Shown here: positions 10,012-19,992 of the stretch, in pieces
Layout of the letters: the number at the start of each line of letters is the position of its first letter
Numbering within the stretch: position 1 is the first letter of the stretch
DNA from: an uncultured Pseudomonadota bacterium
Lineage (GTDB): Bacteria; Pseudomonadota; Alphaproteobacteria; Rs-D84
Reading direction: 5' to 3'
Assembly (NCBI GenBank): GCA_949298405.1
Contig: CASFWA010000001.1
Location: 285,127-349,126 of the forward strand
DNA: 64,000 nt
The notes under the pieces: generated by a model
The model's database searches: none
The model's input: only the letters and a program-made list of their open reading frames with translations
What the model was told of the DNA's origin: nothing
Position numbers and translations under genes: made by a program

Positions 10012-10872
10012 TTATCTAGTTCTTTGTAGGATTGCTATCATTTCAGAATTTGCTTGGGTCTTATCTTTTTGAAGGAAACCAATTTTTGCCCATGTATGAA
10101 ATTTTTGAGAGGCTTCATAAAATGCTTGTCTGTTTCTGTGTATACCCCAACTGCCTGTTTGGGCAATTATGTAGCCTTCTGGGCGAATATGTTTTTTTAA
10201 ACTTATTAGGCTTTTATGAATTTGCTCTTCGTTCATGTATTCCAAAATGTTAGACAAATTAATAATGTCGTATTCTTTTGTTAAGTGATGGTGTAAGGAA
10301 TCAAGATTCGACCATATAAAATTAAATGGTTTTGAAATCTTTTCTTTCATAATTTTAAATTCTTCTTGGGTAGGAATGAACTCAGGATAATATTTTGCAC
10401 TAAGACCGTTACTAAAAATGTCGCAATCATTCATTTGGGTGATGAATTGTTGACTGTCTTTTGGCAGTGCTGATATTATTGGGCGCATGTTTGCAATAGA
10501 TGCAATATCACGACTTGTGTGTAAATCATTTAAAAGTTGAATATAGTCAGGTCTGTTTAATTTTTGTAAGGCGACTGTTTTTATGTCTGCAATTATTTTC
10601 GCACAGAAAGATATGTCAAACATGTCTATTTCTGTTGCGCCGTTTATGCTGTAAAATATTGGTTGGTCTCCGCTGCCGGTGACGGTTAACACTTTTTTCG
10701 CTTCGTTAGCGGTTAAACCAGAAACCCATCTGATGTCTTCGTTGGTTATTACATACGCTGGCGAATATTGTGAAAAACTTTTAAATTTGTTATATGTGTT
10801 GGAACCGTCTGATAACGGAATGTAGTCATTGCGAGCATTTGTAATGTTTATTTGTGGTGTGCTTATTTTCAT
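10012..10872 (-). CDS. SAM-dependent methyltransferase-fold protein (possibly DUF3419/BtaA-like)
   Basis: VLTVTGSGDQP glycine-rich motif-I-like segment, then EIDMFDIS and YDIINLSNILEYM, a typical class I MTase layout; family assignment is tentative. Confidence 0.45.
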   Translation of the reverse strand: MKISTPQINITNARNDYIPLSDGSNTYNKFKSFSQYSPAYVITNEDIRWVSGLTANEAKKVLTVTGSGDQPIFYSINGATEIDMFDISFCAKIIADIKTVALQKLNRPDYIQLLNDLHTSRDIASIANMRPIISALPKDSQQFITQMNDCDIFSNGLSAKYYPEFIPTQEEFKIMKEKISKPFNFIWSNLDSLHHHLTKEYDIINLSNILEYMNEEQIHKSLISLKKHIRPEGYIIAQTGSWGIHRNRQAFYEASQKFHTWAKIGFLQKDKTQANSEMIAILQRTR

Positions 10873-11038
10873 TGACGGTTTCCCTTTTTATGCTTTTACC
10901 TATTAAAATATAATACAAAAATAAAATATGTCAATATATTGTGGTGAATTTTTATCTTTATGGGTAAAAATGTGAAAAAAGGCTTTTAATAAAATCTTAA
11001 TATATGATAAAATTAAATAAATGTTGAAAGGATTTTGG

Positions 11039-13981
11039 ATGAAAAAGTGGCTATTGTTTTCTGTATTATTAGCAAGTGTGGGGTTTAATGTAGATGCAGC
11101 AGTCCCACAGCAAAGACGCGGTTCTGCCAGTACACAAACGGCGGCAACGACTTCGTCTGTGCGTTCAAGTGCTGTGACTGCAAGAAGCGCGACTACTGCA
11201 CGTAGTGCAACGCAGACCACAATGCCGGCTGTTTCTGCACGTGCTGCAACAACAGGACGTACTACGGTTAATAGAAGTTCTACAAGTACCGCATCCGCTA
11301 CACCAGGTGTGGCTGCACGTGCCGCCACAACAAAAAGTGTTATAGGGTCTGGTACAAAGGTTGCAACTGCTACAGAAAATGTGATTGTTAGTGAAGAATG
11401 TCGCCAGAAGTATATGGGGTGTATGGATTCTTTCTGTATGCTGGATAATGATACAGGTGGACGCTGTATTTGTAGCGATAGAAACGCCGAATTAGATAGC
11501 GTTTTGGCAGAAATTGAAAAACTCGACCAACAAAGTTATCAAATGGCAACTGTTGGTGTCGAAAGAATAGAAATGGGCGACGCGGCTGATGCGGCAATAG
11601 CAAATGCTACTGCTGTTGCAGATGCTATATTAAACGCAGTTGATGAAAAAGAAGAAAGAAAATTAGATTTATCTTTGTGGGATACAACTTTTAGTTTTGC
11701 TGATGAAGATATTTTTGCAGAAGCAGATTCTTTGCAAAGTGCAATAGAAGGTAAAGAAGGTGATAGTTTATACCGTGCGGCATCTGATATATGTATGGCT
11801 CAAATCCCAGAATGTTCAAGTGAATTGGCTATGTTGCAGTTAATGTATTCACAGCAAATAAAATCTGATTGTACTGCTTATGAAAATAGTCTTAAACAGC
11901 AAAAAAATGCTAGCGCACAAAAATTAGCGGCTGCGGAAAAGGCTTTGCGTGATGCTGCGCTGGAACAGTATCAATCTGCTAATAAGTATGATTTGGGGCA
12001 ATGTACTGTTGAATTTAAAAACTGTATGATTACAACTGGTGGTTGTGGGGAAGATTTTGCAAATTGTGCTTCTGTCGCCGCATCTGATAATACAAATGTT
12101 ACACAAAGTACTTCAAAGAAAGCAAAGAGTTATAAAATTCAAGGCGCAGTGACAAGTATCGAAATTTCTGCTTCTACATATGATACTTTGGTCGCTAAAA
12201 AGCCTTTGTGTGAATCTGTGACAAAATCTTGCGTTGCAGTCGCAGATCAGGTTTGGGATACTTTCTTAAGAGAGGTCGCACCACAAATTAAGTCCGCAGA
12301 ATTAATTGCAGAAAATAATGCACGTCAGAATTGTGTCGGCTCTATTTCAGAATGTTTCCAAAAGGCTTGTAAAGATAATATCGATCCAAACGATCCAGAT
12401 GGTTCTTATGATATGTGTTTGACTCGTCCTGAAACGATGTTGAATGTATGTAAGATTCCTTTAAATGCTTGTGGAATTGATGCTTCCTCGGCAGAAAAAG
12501 CGTCTCAATCTCAGATTTGGGATTTCGTTGTTGCTAGATTAGCATCTATGCGTGTGGATTCTTGTACGACACAAGTTAAAGAATGCTTGCAATCAGAAGA
12601 CCGTTGCGGTTCAGACTATACACAGTGTGTCGGGTTGGATACGGATACAATTGTTCGTATGTGTCCTTATGATTCTTTGATTGGTTGTCAAATGGTATAC
12701 GGTGAAGATGAAATTCGTGGCGATGCGGTTTATGACGAATTGGCTAATATGGTTCAGGGCATTATGTTAAATATTGATAATAGTATGTTAACGGAATGCC
12801 AGAATGCTGCCAATGAAGCCATGATAAAAGTATGCGGTAGTTCTGAAAACTGTGATAATTTGACTGTTGAGGAGAATATCGGTGCGCGCTCTTTGGAATA
12901 TAAGATTTGTGAATATACTAATAGTGATGATAGTCTTGATATTGATTATGCAAGATGTAGAACAGATGTATCACAAATTATGGATTCTGAATTGGGGCGT
13001 GTCCATGGGGCAGTTGGTGCTGGATTAGGACCGGTAACGCCGTTTGCAGGTATTATAGATGGTACTATTTATTGGGAAAGTGTTGATTTTGATGAAGATG
13101 GAAAATTGATGAGTGTTGATGAATATCTTGCTGCCGTTGGTTCAGAAGGTGTTACAGAACAGCAGAAAGAAAAAATATCATCAGAACTTGCGGTTTTGCA
13201 ATCAAATATAAATGCGGCAATTTCTGCAATAGAAGCAGACCCGACAGTTCAATTCTGTATGACAGGGCGTGAAGTTCAGGGTATGCGTACGTCTCAAAGT
13301 GATACAAGACAAGTTATAGGTCGTAGCGGCGCAAATGAAGGACGTTTCCCAGAACTTACAAAACAGATGCGTTTGATGATTGCTACATCTGCTTTGAAAT
13401 CAGCAAAAGACAATTACTATAAAAAGTATGATGAATTAAGCGAAAAAATGCTGCAAGATTATGTCACCATCGGTGAAAGAATGGCAGAAATAGAAGGTGA
13501 AAATGCACTGGATGCACGTCGTGAAATTGCACGTGTTGCATGTATAAATTTTGCAGATGCTTCTATATTACCGAAATCGCCGAATCCACCTAAAAATGCG
13601 TTTGGTAAGGTTTTGGGTGCCTTGGCTTTTGTCGGAGCCGCTGTTGCAGCACCATTTACTGGTGGCTTGAGCTTGACCGCAACAATCGCTATCGGGGCTG
13701 GGTTGACTGGAACTGCGGCAATCGGATTGCTTGGAAATGTCGGCTCTGGTGGGGCAAATGGTGCGGACTCTTCACTGCAACGAGAGTTGATAGGATCAAA
13801 GTCGCTTAACCAGTGGAACTATAAGGAAACTATTACGGCGACATTCGAATGGGATACACTGATTTGTCATAAATGTGTAAGAAGTCAGCAGTGCAGTAAG
13901 ACTAAGAATCCATTGTTTGGTAGAAAGTACTGTAAGACTTGGGCAGACCCAGTAGAAACATGTGATGATACACAGTTCTAA
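11039..13981 (+). CDS. large secreted cysteine-rich coiled-coil protein with C-terminal glycine zipper (family member P1)
   Basis: Signal peptide MKKWLLFSVLLASVGFNVDA; R/S/T/A-rich tract; CRQKYMGCMDSFC...RCICS motif; two CGxDF/YxxC modules; G-rich hydrophobic segment; CHKC tail. ORF track start is 11021; ATG 11039 has the better RBS. Confidence 0.85.
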   Translation: MKKWLLFSVLLASVGFNVDAAVPQQRRGSASTQTAATTSSVRSSAVTARSATTARSATQTTMPAVSARAATTGRTTVNRSSTSTASATPGVAARAATTKSVIGSGTKVATATENVIVSEECRQKYMGCMDSFCMLDNDTGGRCICSDRNAELDSVLAEIEKLDQQSYQMATVGVERIEMGDAADAAIANATAVADAILNAVDEKEERKLDLSLWDTTFSFADEDIFAEADSLQSAIEGKEGDSLYRAASDICMAQIPECSSELAMLQLMYSQQIKSDCTAYENSLKQQKNASAQKLAAAEKALRDAALEQYQSANKYDLGQCTVEFKNCMITTGGCGEDFANCASVAASDNTNVTQSTSKKAKSYKIQGAVTSIEISASTYDTLVAKKPLCESVTKSCVAVADQVWDTFLREVAPQIKSAELIAENNARQNCVGSISECFQKACKDNIDPNDPDGSYDMCLTRPETMLNVCKIPLNACGIDASSAEKASQSQIWDFVVARLASMRVDSCTTQVKECLQSEDRCGSDYTQCVGLDTDTIVRMCPYDSLIGCQMVYGEDEIRGDAVYDELANMVQGIMLNIDNSMLTECQNAANEAMIKVCGSSENCDNLTVEENIGARSLEYKICEYTNSDDSLDIDYARCRTDVSQIMDSELGRVHGAVGAGLGPVTPFAGIIDGTIYWESVDFDEDGKLMSVDEYLAAVGSEGVTEQQKEKISSELAVLQSNINAAISAIEADPTVQFCMTGREVQGMRTSQSDTRQVIGRSGANEGRFPELTKQMRLMIATSALKSAKDNYYKKYDELSEKMLQDYVTIGERMAEIEGENALDARREIARVACINFADASILPKSPNPPKNAFGKVLGALAFVGAAVAAPFTGGLSLTATIAIGAGLTGTAAIGLLGNVGSGGANGADSSLQRELIGSKSLNQWNYKETITATFEWDTLICHKCVRSQQCSKTKNPLFGRKYCKTWADPVETCDDTQF

Positions 13982-13983
13982 AT

Positions 13984-14008
13984 AAAAGCCGCCAAAAGGC
14001 GGTTTTTA
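13984..14008. terminator. bidirectional intrinsic terminator
   Basis: AAAAGCCGCC-AAAA-GGCGGTTTTT between convergent genes. Confidence 0.75.
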
Positions 14009-15019
14009 TATTGTTTCTAAATCGCTTAGATTTTTTATAATCTTTATTCCTTGGGATTCCCATTCTGCGCAACGAGTTTCTAAATCCATTATATTTGTTT
14101 CTGCTAGATATAAAACAGGAACTTGTTTGTTGACAGATGTTCTTTCTAATAATTTTTTTATGGGCGAAGTTTTTCTTTTTCCTGCCGCAAACCAATCTTC
14201 GTTGTCCGCAATCCAGAAGTCGCTGTCGTTATGTATGGCGATAACTATATTTTGCGTTATTATCAAATCGTCGTCAATATTTACTTCCTGACCTTGTTTT
14301 ATTAAAATATTGATAAGGTCGTCTTGGATATTTGGTGCACTTTCGTTTGGTGCTTTTTTTGTCGGTTCTTCTTCGTCAAAGTTTATGTCTTGAAATACAG
14401 GTGTAAAATTCGGAACAGAAAAGTTCCCTTCTGAAAAATCTTCTTCTGAAAGATTTTCGCTTTCAAAATTAAAATCTGTCGGTAATGGTAATTCGCCTGC
14501 TGCTTGTGTTGCAGCAATTGTTTCTTTTACTGGTTCTTCGTTTTTTTGTTGCAATTCTGTGACATTACTTATATCAAAATTTGATTTTATAAAACTACGA
14601 TTGATGGTGCTGCGCGCACGTAAAAATGGTGCACGTAATTCCGCAGGTAGCCCTTGGGGAAATGTATCTTTTTCTTCTTCTTGTTCTTCTTTTTTTTCTG
14701 GTTCTGCTTCCGGTTCCTTTTTTTCTTCTGCAACAGGTTGCAAGAATTTTGGTAATGGAATTGTAAATAAAGGTTTCTTTGTCCTGATTATAATTGCAGT
14801 TGTTGCAGCATATAAGGGAAGGGCCGCCAACATTAATAATCCGAATACAAAACCTGGGAAACCGCGTAATTCGGCATGCATAAGTCTTATCCATTGGGCT
14901 TTTGAAAAAATATCAAAGTTGAATAAACCAAGCAAAATACCCCACATCAATGTTATATAGCATGCGGTCCATATCAGAGCATATTTGTTTGTTTTAAAAA
15001 AATCTAAGATTTTATTCAT
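14006..15019 (-). CDS. hypothetical membrane protein with acidic linker
   Basis: 337 aa; N-terminal hydrophobic helices (ALIWTACYITLMWGILLGLF, FVFGLLMLAALPLYAATTAIII); E/P/K-rich linker; C-terminal domain not recognised. Confidence 0.6.
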   Translation of the reverse strand: MNKILDFFKTNKYALIWTACYITLMWGILLGLFNFDIFSKAQWIRLMHAELRGFPGFVFGLLMLAALPLYAATTAIIIRTKKPLFTIPLPKFLQPVAEEKKEPEAEPEKKEEQEEEKDTFPQGLPAELRAPFLRARSTINRSFIKSNFDISNVTELQQKNEEPVKETIAATQAAGELPLPTDFNFESENLSEEDFSEGNFSVPNFTPVFQDINFDEEEPTKKAPNESAPNIQDDLINILIKQGQEVNIDDDLIITQNIVIAIHNDSDFWIADNEDWFAAGKRKTSPIKKLLERTSVNKQVPVLYLAETNIMDLETRCAEWESQGIKIIKNLSDLETI

Positions 15020-15155
15020 TTGTTAATATTATAGACAACAATGTATGTTTGTCAATATTTATTGCGGTTAATCTGGTAAGGTTTTTAGTCTAAAAAACAC
15101 TTTTTTTTAATGTTCTTTTAGGGTATAATTATAAAGATAAAAAGGGGGAGCTTTT

Positions 15156-17243
15156 ATGCAAAATTTGCGTAAGTTTTTTAGTACATCTTTTGCGGTACTT
15201 GGGGCGTTTGTCTTTGTAGGAAACGCGTATTCTGCTGAAGGTACAGCAAGGTCTGGTTATGATGTAAGGGGGCTTAACCGCGCTGGCGCGACACAGATGA
15301 CCGCATCACAACGTATGCCAACTATGCCGATTTTACCTGGAAACTCTGTCGGAAATTTGTCTCCAAATTTACCTACTGGTGATTCTTCGTCTGGTGGTAA
15401 CCCAGATAATCCAGACAATCCAGATGAACCAGATAACCCCAGTGAAACTGAATGTCCAGATGGTGGTGTGAAAGATTCTGATTATACAATTGATAACTGT
15501 ATGACTGATATTTTGTCTTGTGTTAATAATGGTGCTTTGCCTGGTGGTTTAAATGATTTGTTTAATGAAGATTTGCGTAACGCAATAGTTAATGGAATGG
15601 GGCTTTGTTCTGCACAAGTAGAAAGGTGTATAACTGAGGTACGTAGAGATTGTAAAAATATTTATCGATCTTCCGCAGATGTTTGGATTGATTTTAATGC
15701 GCGTAAAGTTCAACCAGAATATTATAATTTTGTTTTGCGTAAGACAGGTTTAACGCCAAATCAGGCAGAGAATACTTGCTGGTTGCTAGATAAAAATGCG
15801 TACGGTTCTTCTTTCAATGCGGTTTCAAATTCAGGTTCTGTAACTGCAGAGTATAATAAAAATGTTGGGGCTTATAACAGCCAAAGCGGGAATGTGCTTA
15901 TAAAGACTCAACCACAAGGGGTTCAGGTAAATAATAATAATCCTGGTGTTGATGGACAACGTGGATATTATGCTCGTTGGGACCCAACTACCGCTGAATG
16001 TTGGTTAAGAGTTGCTGCTTATAATAAAGATACTCATATTAAGAATAGTTGGTTGTTTGGTGCTGCTGGTGATGATCAGCCCGCAGAAGTATGGAAACAA
16101 GCGGGTGATACATTTACTTGCAATAAAGATTTGTTCGGGTTTTCTTTGATGAATAAAACAAGTACTGCAGCCGTTGTTGGTATCGGTGGTGGAACTTTGG
16201 TTGGTGCTGGGGTTGGTGCTATTGTGGGGCATGGGGCGCGTCCATTTGATTGCAGTATAAAAAGTCATCGTGAAATGTTGACAGATGAATTGCGTACAGA
16301 TGGTAATATTGGGTCCATAAGTGAATATCTGGAAAATATAATTCCTGCTAATATTGATGTTATGGATGAAGGACAGTGTGCAGAAGTTGTTGAATTGTAT
16401 GATAAATATAATCAGTTAAAGTCTGCATTGAAATTGTGTAATACTGTAGAAGTTGTTTCTGAAGATGTCGAAATCATTTCTACTAGCGCGATTAATTGTT
16501 CTGGTTTCGCGGTTTTAGATGATTGTTTCGGAGCGCTAGAGATTGCTAAATCTTGTGTCGGAAAGGGCTTTACAGATGTTCAGCAATGTGTTGATTTCTT
16601 GAATCAGCAGGCTGTCGCAGATGCAGATGCTGCTATTACTGGTAATACCGATACATTGTGTTCGTTTGAACCTTTGAATTTGGCTCGTGCCAAGGGAACA
16701 AGTATTTATTGTTCTAGCACTACAGATATGTCTTGTAAAAGTGCTGTAGAGATACAAGTTGATATGGAACGCTTGGATAAAGTATTTACTTATAACATAT
16801 CAGATTTGTTGCAAAATGGTGAAGATTCTAATATGTGGAAAAGTATTGGAATCGGTGCGGGTGTTGGTGCAGGTGCAGGTGGTTTGGCAACTGCAATAAC
16901 CGCATTCGTGGAACGCAGCAATATTAATTGTCGCGTTGGGGACGGTTTGGCTCAGGTTGGTTTCGGTAAATCTTATTCTATAGGTTCATTGAAAGACTTT
17001 TATGTAAAGTGGAATCTACGTTTGCCAGATACAATTTCTCCGACAGCAACTGTTGATGATTGTGAGTCTTGGAAACGTGCTTGTGCCACATTGACAGACT
17101 TAAATCAATGTAAAGCAGCACAAGTAAATTATAAACCAGAGGGTGCGGCAACTACTACATTAGTACCGACTGCGTGTACTGTATCTGGTAGTGCATGTAT
17201 AGAAAATTATCCAGTTGCTAAATCTTATGGTGCATGTGAATAA
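15156..17243 (+). CDS. secreted cysteine-rich protein with two glycine-zipper segments (family-related, P7)
   Basis: Strong RBS AAAGGGGGAG; signal peptide ending ...GNAYSA; PDNPDNPDEPDNP linker; many Cys; AAVVGIGGGTLVGAGVGAIVG and IGIGAGVGAGAGGLATAI. Confidence 0.8.
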   Translation: MQNLRKFFSTSFAVLGAFVFVGNAYSAEGTARSGYDVRGLNRAGATQMTASQRMPTMPILPGNSVGNLSPNLPTGDSSSGGNPDNPDNPDEPDNPSETECPDGGVKDSDYTIDNCMTDILSCVNNGALPGGLNDLFNEDLRNAIVNGMGLCSAQVERCITEVRRDCKNIYRSSADVWIDFNARKVQPEYYNFVLRKTGLTPNQAENTCWLLDKNAYGSSFNAVSNSGSVTAEYNKNVGAYNSQSGNVLIKTQPQGVQVNNNNPGVDGQRGYYARWDPTTAECWLRVAAYNKDTHIKNSWLFGAAGDDQPAEVWKQAGDTFTCNKDLFGFSLMNKTSTAAVVGIGGGTLVGAGVGAIVGHGARPFDCSIKSHREMLTDELRTDGNIGSISEYLENIIPANIDVMDEGQCAEVVELYDKYNQLKSALKLCNTVEVVSEDVEIISTSAINCSGFAVLDDCFGALEIAKSCVGKGFTDVQQCVDFLNQQAVADADAAITGNTDTLCSFEPLNLARAKGTSIYCSSTTDMSCKSAVEIQVDMERLDKVFTYNISDLLQNGEDSNMWKSIGIGAGVGAGAGGLATAITAFVERSNINCRVGDGLAQVGFGKSYSIGSLKDFYVKWNLRLPDTISPTATVDDCESWKRACATLTDLNQCKAAQVNYKPEGAATTTLVPTACTVSGSACIENYPVAKSYGACE

Positions 17244-17680
17244 ATTGTGCCACAGTAAAATAATTAAAAGCCTGCTGATTTTATTAGCGGGCTTTTTTAT
17301 ATAATTTGATGGCAGAATGTGCATCTAGATTAAGTTGTTATTAAAATAAACTTCCATGGTTGAAATCAACGATTAATTTCGAAGAATATTATTTATTATT
17401 AATGCTTTGGTATATATTATTAGGTCGTTCGCGATTTAATAAATGGATTAAGTCAAAAAATTAACTGAATATAAAACATAAATTGTCTTTATATTGTTTT
17501 TTTTCTATGTGTTTTGTGTGTTGTGGCGCATAGTAACATATTTCTTTATCGTAATTTTCTATTGTGGTATTTTGAATGCTATTTTTTATTAGGATATTAT
17601 AAATTATTATTAGAGAAATGCTTAGAAGTGTTATAATCATCGTATAAAAATCCCGCTGTATGCGGGACTTTTTTATTTAT

Positions 17681-19981
17681 TTAACTATTACTGCAACTTG
17701 TGGTTGAGAAACTTATTTCGACTTTACGGCATGCCTTGCAATTATTACTGGTTGCTGCGCATCCTTCAGATTGTTTACGAAATTCTGGTGTACACTTTGT
17801 AGAACCTTGACCTTCTGTTACTATGTTTTTACTTTCTATGTTTGATTGTATTAATGCTGTTTTTACGGATTCGGCTCGATTTTTTGATAGCTGATTATTT
17901 ATATTATTGTTACCTGTTTTATCTGTATGTCCAATAACGGTTATACAATAATTTTTATCTGAAGCCATTCGGTTGTTTACATCGTCTGCGAATGTTTTTA
18001 TTATCTGTGTAGCTTCGTCAGTTAATTCATAAGAATTTAATTCGAATAATTGACTTGCAGATAATGATATCGTTGAAGAAGATGGTGATTCTTGATTTAA
18101 TGGTAATATTTCTAAGATGTTATCTAATTTATTTGGTAAACTGGTGTTGTTGGGCGTTATTGATGCTATAGTTTGGTCTTTTGGTATACATTGATTTTTA
18201 CCAAAAGGAATAGAGTTTTCTGGACATTTTTCGCATATATTAAGATTTGAGTTATAAATTTTATTAGTGTCATTACAGTTGCAATCTGGATAAAACCCAG
18301 TAGCATCTTCTGGACATTTTGCGTTTGCTTCTTGGTCTGGTAATGCTTTTACATTATTTTCAAGACTTTTTAAAGGTGCATATTTTGCTTTAATATCATC
18401 AGAACTTTCTTGCGCCGCTTTTCGGTTTTCATTTATCGCCAAATTACCCACAATACCGACTGCTGCACCAACGCCTGCAGTAATTAAACCCGTTTTTAAT
18501 TGTTGTGCGGTATCTGCTTTTTGCGCTGCCCATGCAGCAGCGTCGGCACTGGTAGAATCTGATAGTGCTGTTGCCAAAGACGTATAAGCACCACCTGTTT
18601 TTCCTAAACCGACATCGTCATATAGACCTGTTTCTGCCTTATCCAGAATGGTTTCTGATTCTATACCAGGTGTTAAGCCTAGCGCTTCCTTACGGATTTT
18701 TAAATCTGCGGCTAATTGAACATACTCATTGTATAGTGAAAATAGTTGGTTGCCACCAGGTAGTTCAATTCCTGTCTCGCCTCCTTGTATGTTTTTGCCT
18801 TGACCATAGTCACAACGAAATGTTGCAAGGTATGCGGCCATGTCTTGTTCTGCGGCGGTATCTGCGCGTTGTTCGGATAGAGCAGATAAAGCCTGCATGC
18901 CTCCTATGCCCATAGCACCAATGCTGGCTGCACCTAATAATTTATTCGCAGTAGATTGTTCTTTCGCCTTCATTTCATCTGCGTTTTCCTGCAGTTCTTC
19001 AATTTCTTTTTTTGCATCTTCTTCTGAAAGTATCGGTTCGATACAAGATAAGAAGTCAGGGGCTCTTGTATAACCTTCTTTGCACTCGTCTATTATGCAA
19101 ACTTCTTGTTGGGTTTCTTCGTTATATTCTCTGTGTGCCTTTATCGCATTTTTTGGCATATGGTTGCAATCACCTACTATACAAATACCGTCTTTCGGAT
19201 CATAACCTAGGTCGCATTCTGTTGCGTAACATTTACCGTTCTTTAATTCACCTGCGGTTGCATGTTCGATTTTCGCAATTTGTTCCTTAGAGCAGGGACC
19301 ATCACTAGGTATACATGCGCTGCCATCATCGTTCGGAATATAATGGTCATTACATTTTTTTATCTCGCAAATTAGTTGGTTGTTTTCCCATTTATATTTT
19401 GCTTCTTTTGCATAGGGGTCTGTTGAAGTGCATCTTTCGCCAACCATATCTTTGCAATCGTCACCGTCTTCATTTAAAACATAACGTGGACCAACGCATT
19501 CAATCTTTTCACATTTTTCTGCTTTTTTATTTAGTTTGTATCCAAAAACACAAGCGTCTGGTACACAATAAACCCCGTTCCCATCTGGGTTTCTGGCGGT
19601 CATGCCAGATTTTGCATTTATTGCGGTAAGTTGTGCGGATGAACATGGTTTGCTTTCCCATATCGCTACAACTGTTACATCATTTATTTTGAAACTTTCT
19701 TCTTTCAAAGTGACTCGCAGATTTTGACCAGGTGATAAAGTTTCTGTTTTAAAACCGACAAAGGATATTTTTAAGTCGTCTTCACTTGGAAAGTTTGTTA
19801 TTGTAAAATTTCCGTTTATATCAGATGTTGTACCTGTGTTTGGTGTAGAAGATGCTGAAATGTTTGCGCCTGGTAATGGTTCTCCCATTTCGTCAAGAAT
19901 TGTTCCTGATACAGTTATCGGTTCTGCAAGTGCAGGTATTACGATTAATGTGGAAAAGAATGTGCAAAATATTTTTTTCAT
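17681..19981 (-). CDS. chimeric envelope protein: CarboxypepD_reg-like N-domain, Cys-rich repeats, glycine zippers, OmpA C-terminal peptidoglycan-binding domain
   Basis: ITVSGTILDEMGEPLPGANI...TSDINGNFTI...ISFVGFKT; repeated C..C..GY...C modules; C-terminal ...VIGHTDKTGNNNINNQLSKNRAESV (OmpA_C-like). Confidence 0.8.
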   Translation of the reverse strand: MKKIFCTFFSTLIVIPALAEPITVSGTILDEMGEPLPGANISASSTPNTGTTSDINGNFTITNFPSEDDLKISFVGFKTETLSPGQNLRVTLKEESFKINDVTVVAIWESKPCSSAQLTAINAKSGMTARNPDGNGVYCVPDACVFGYKLNKKAEKCEKIECVGPRYVLNEDGDDCKDMVGERCTSTDPYAKEAKYKWENNQLICEIKKCNDHYIPNDDGSACIPSDGPCSKEQIAKIEHATAGELKNGKCYATECDLGYDPKDGICIVGDCNHMPKNAIKAHREYNEETQQEVCIIDECKEGYTRAPDFLSCIEPILSEEDAKKEIEELQENADEMKAKEQSTANKLLGAASIGAMGIGGMQALSALSEQRADTAAEQDMAAYLATFRCDYGQGKNIQGGETGIELPGGNQLFSLYNEYVQLAADLKIRKEALGLTPGIESETILDKAETGLYDDVGLGKTGGAYTSLATALSDSTSADAAAWAAQKADTAQQLKTGLITAGVGAAVGIVGNLAINENRKAAQESSDDIKAKYAPLKSLENNVKALPDQEANAKCPEDATGFYPDCNCNDTNKIYNSNLNICEKCPENSIPFGKNQCIPKDQTIASITPNNTSLPNKLDNILEILPLNQESPSSSTISLSASQLFELNSYELTDEATQIIKTFADDVNNRMASDKNYCITVIGHTDKTGNNNINNQLSKNRAESVKTALIQSNIESKNIVTEGQGSTKCTPEFRKQSEGCAATSNNCKACRKVEISFSTTSCSNS

Positions 19982-19992
19982 TTTTTATATCG

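Noticed and set aside
17461-17640. 59-aa minus-strand ORF (MIITLLSISLIIIYNILIKN...) in the 440-bp AT-rich spacer between the two convergent Cys-rich genes.
   Set aside because: It has no Shine-Dalgarno sequence, extreme AT composition and is below the ORF-track threshold. It cannot be told apart from a chance ORF.
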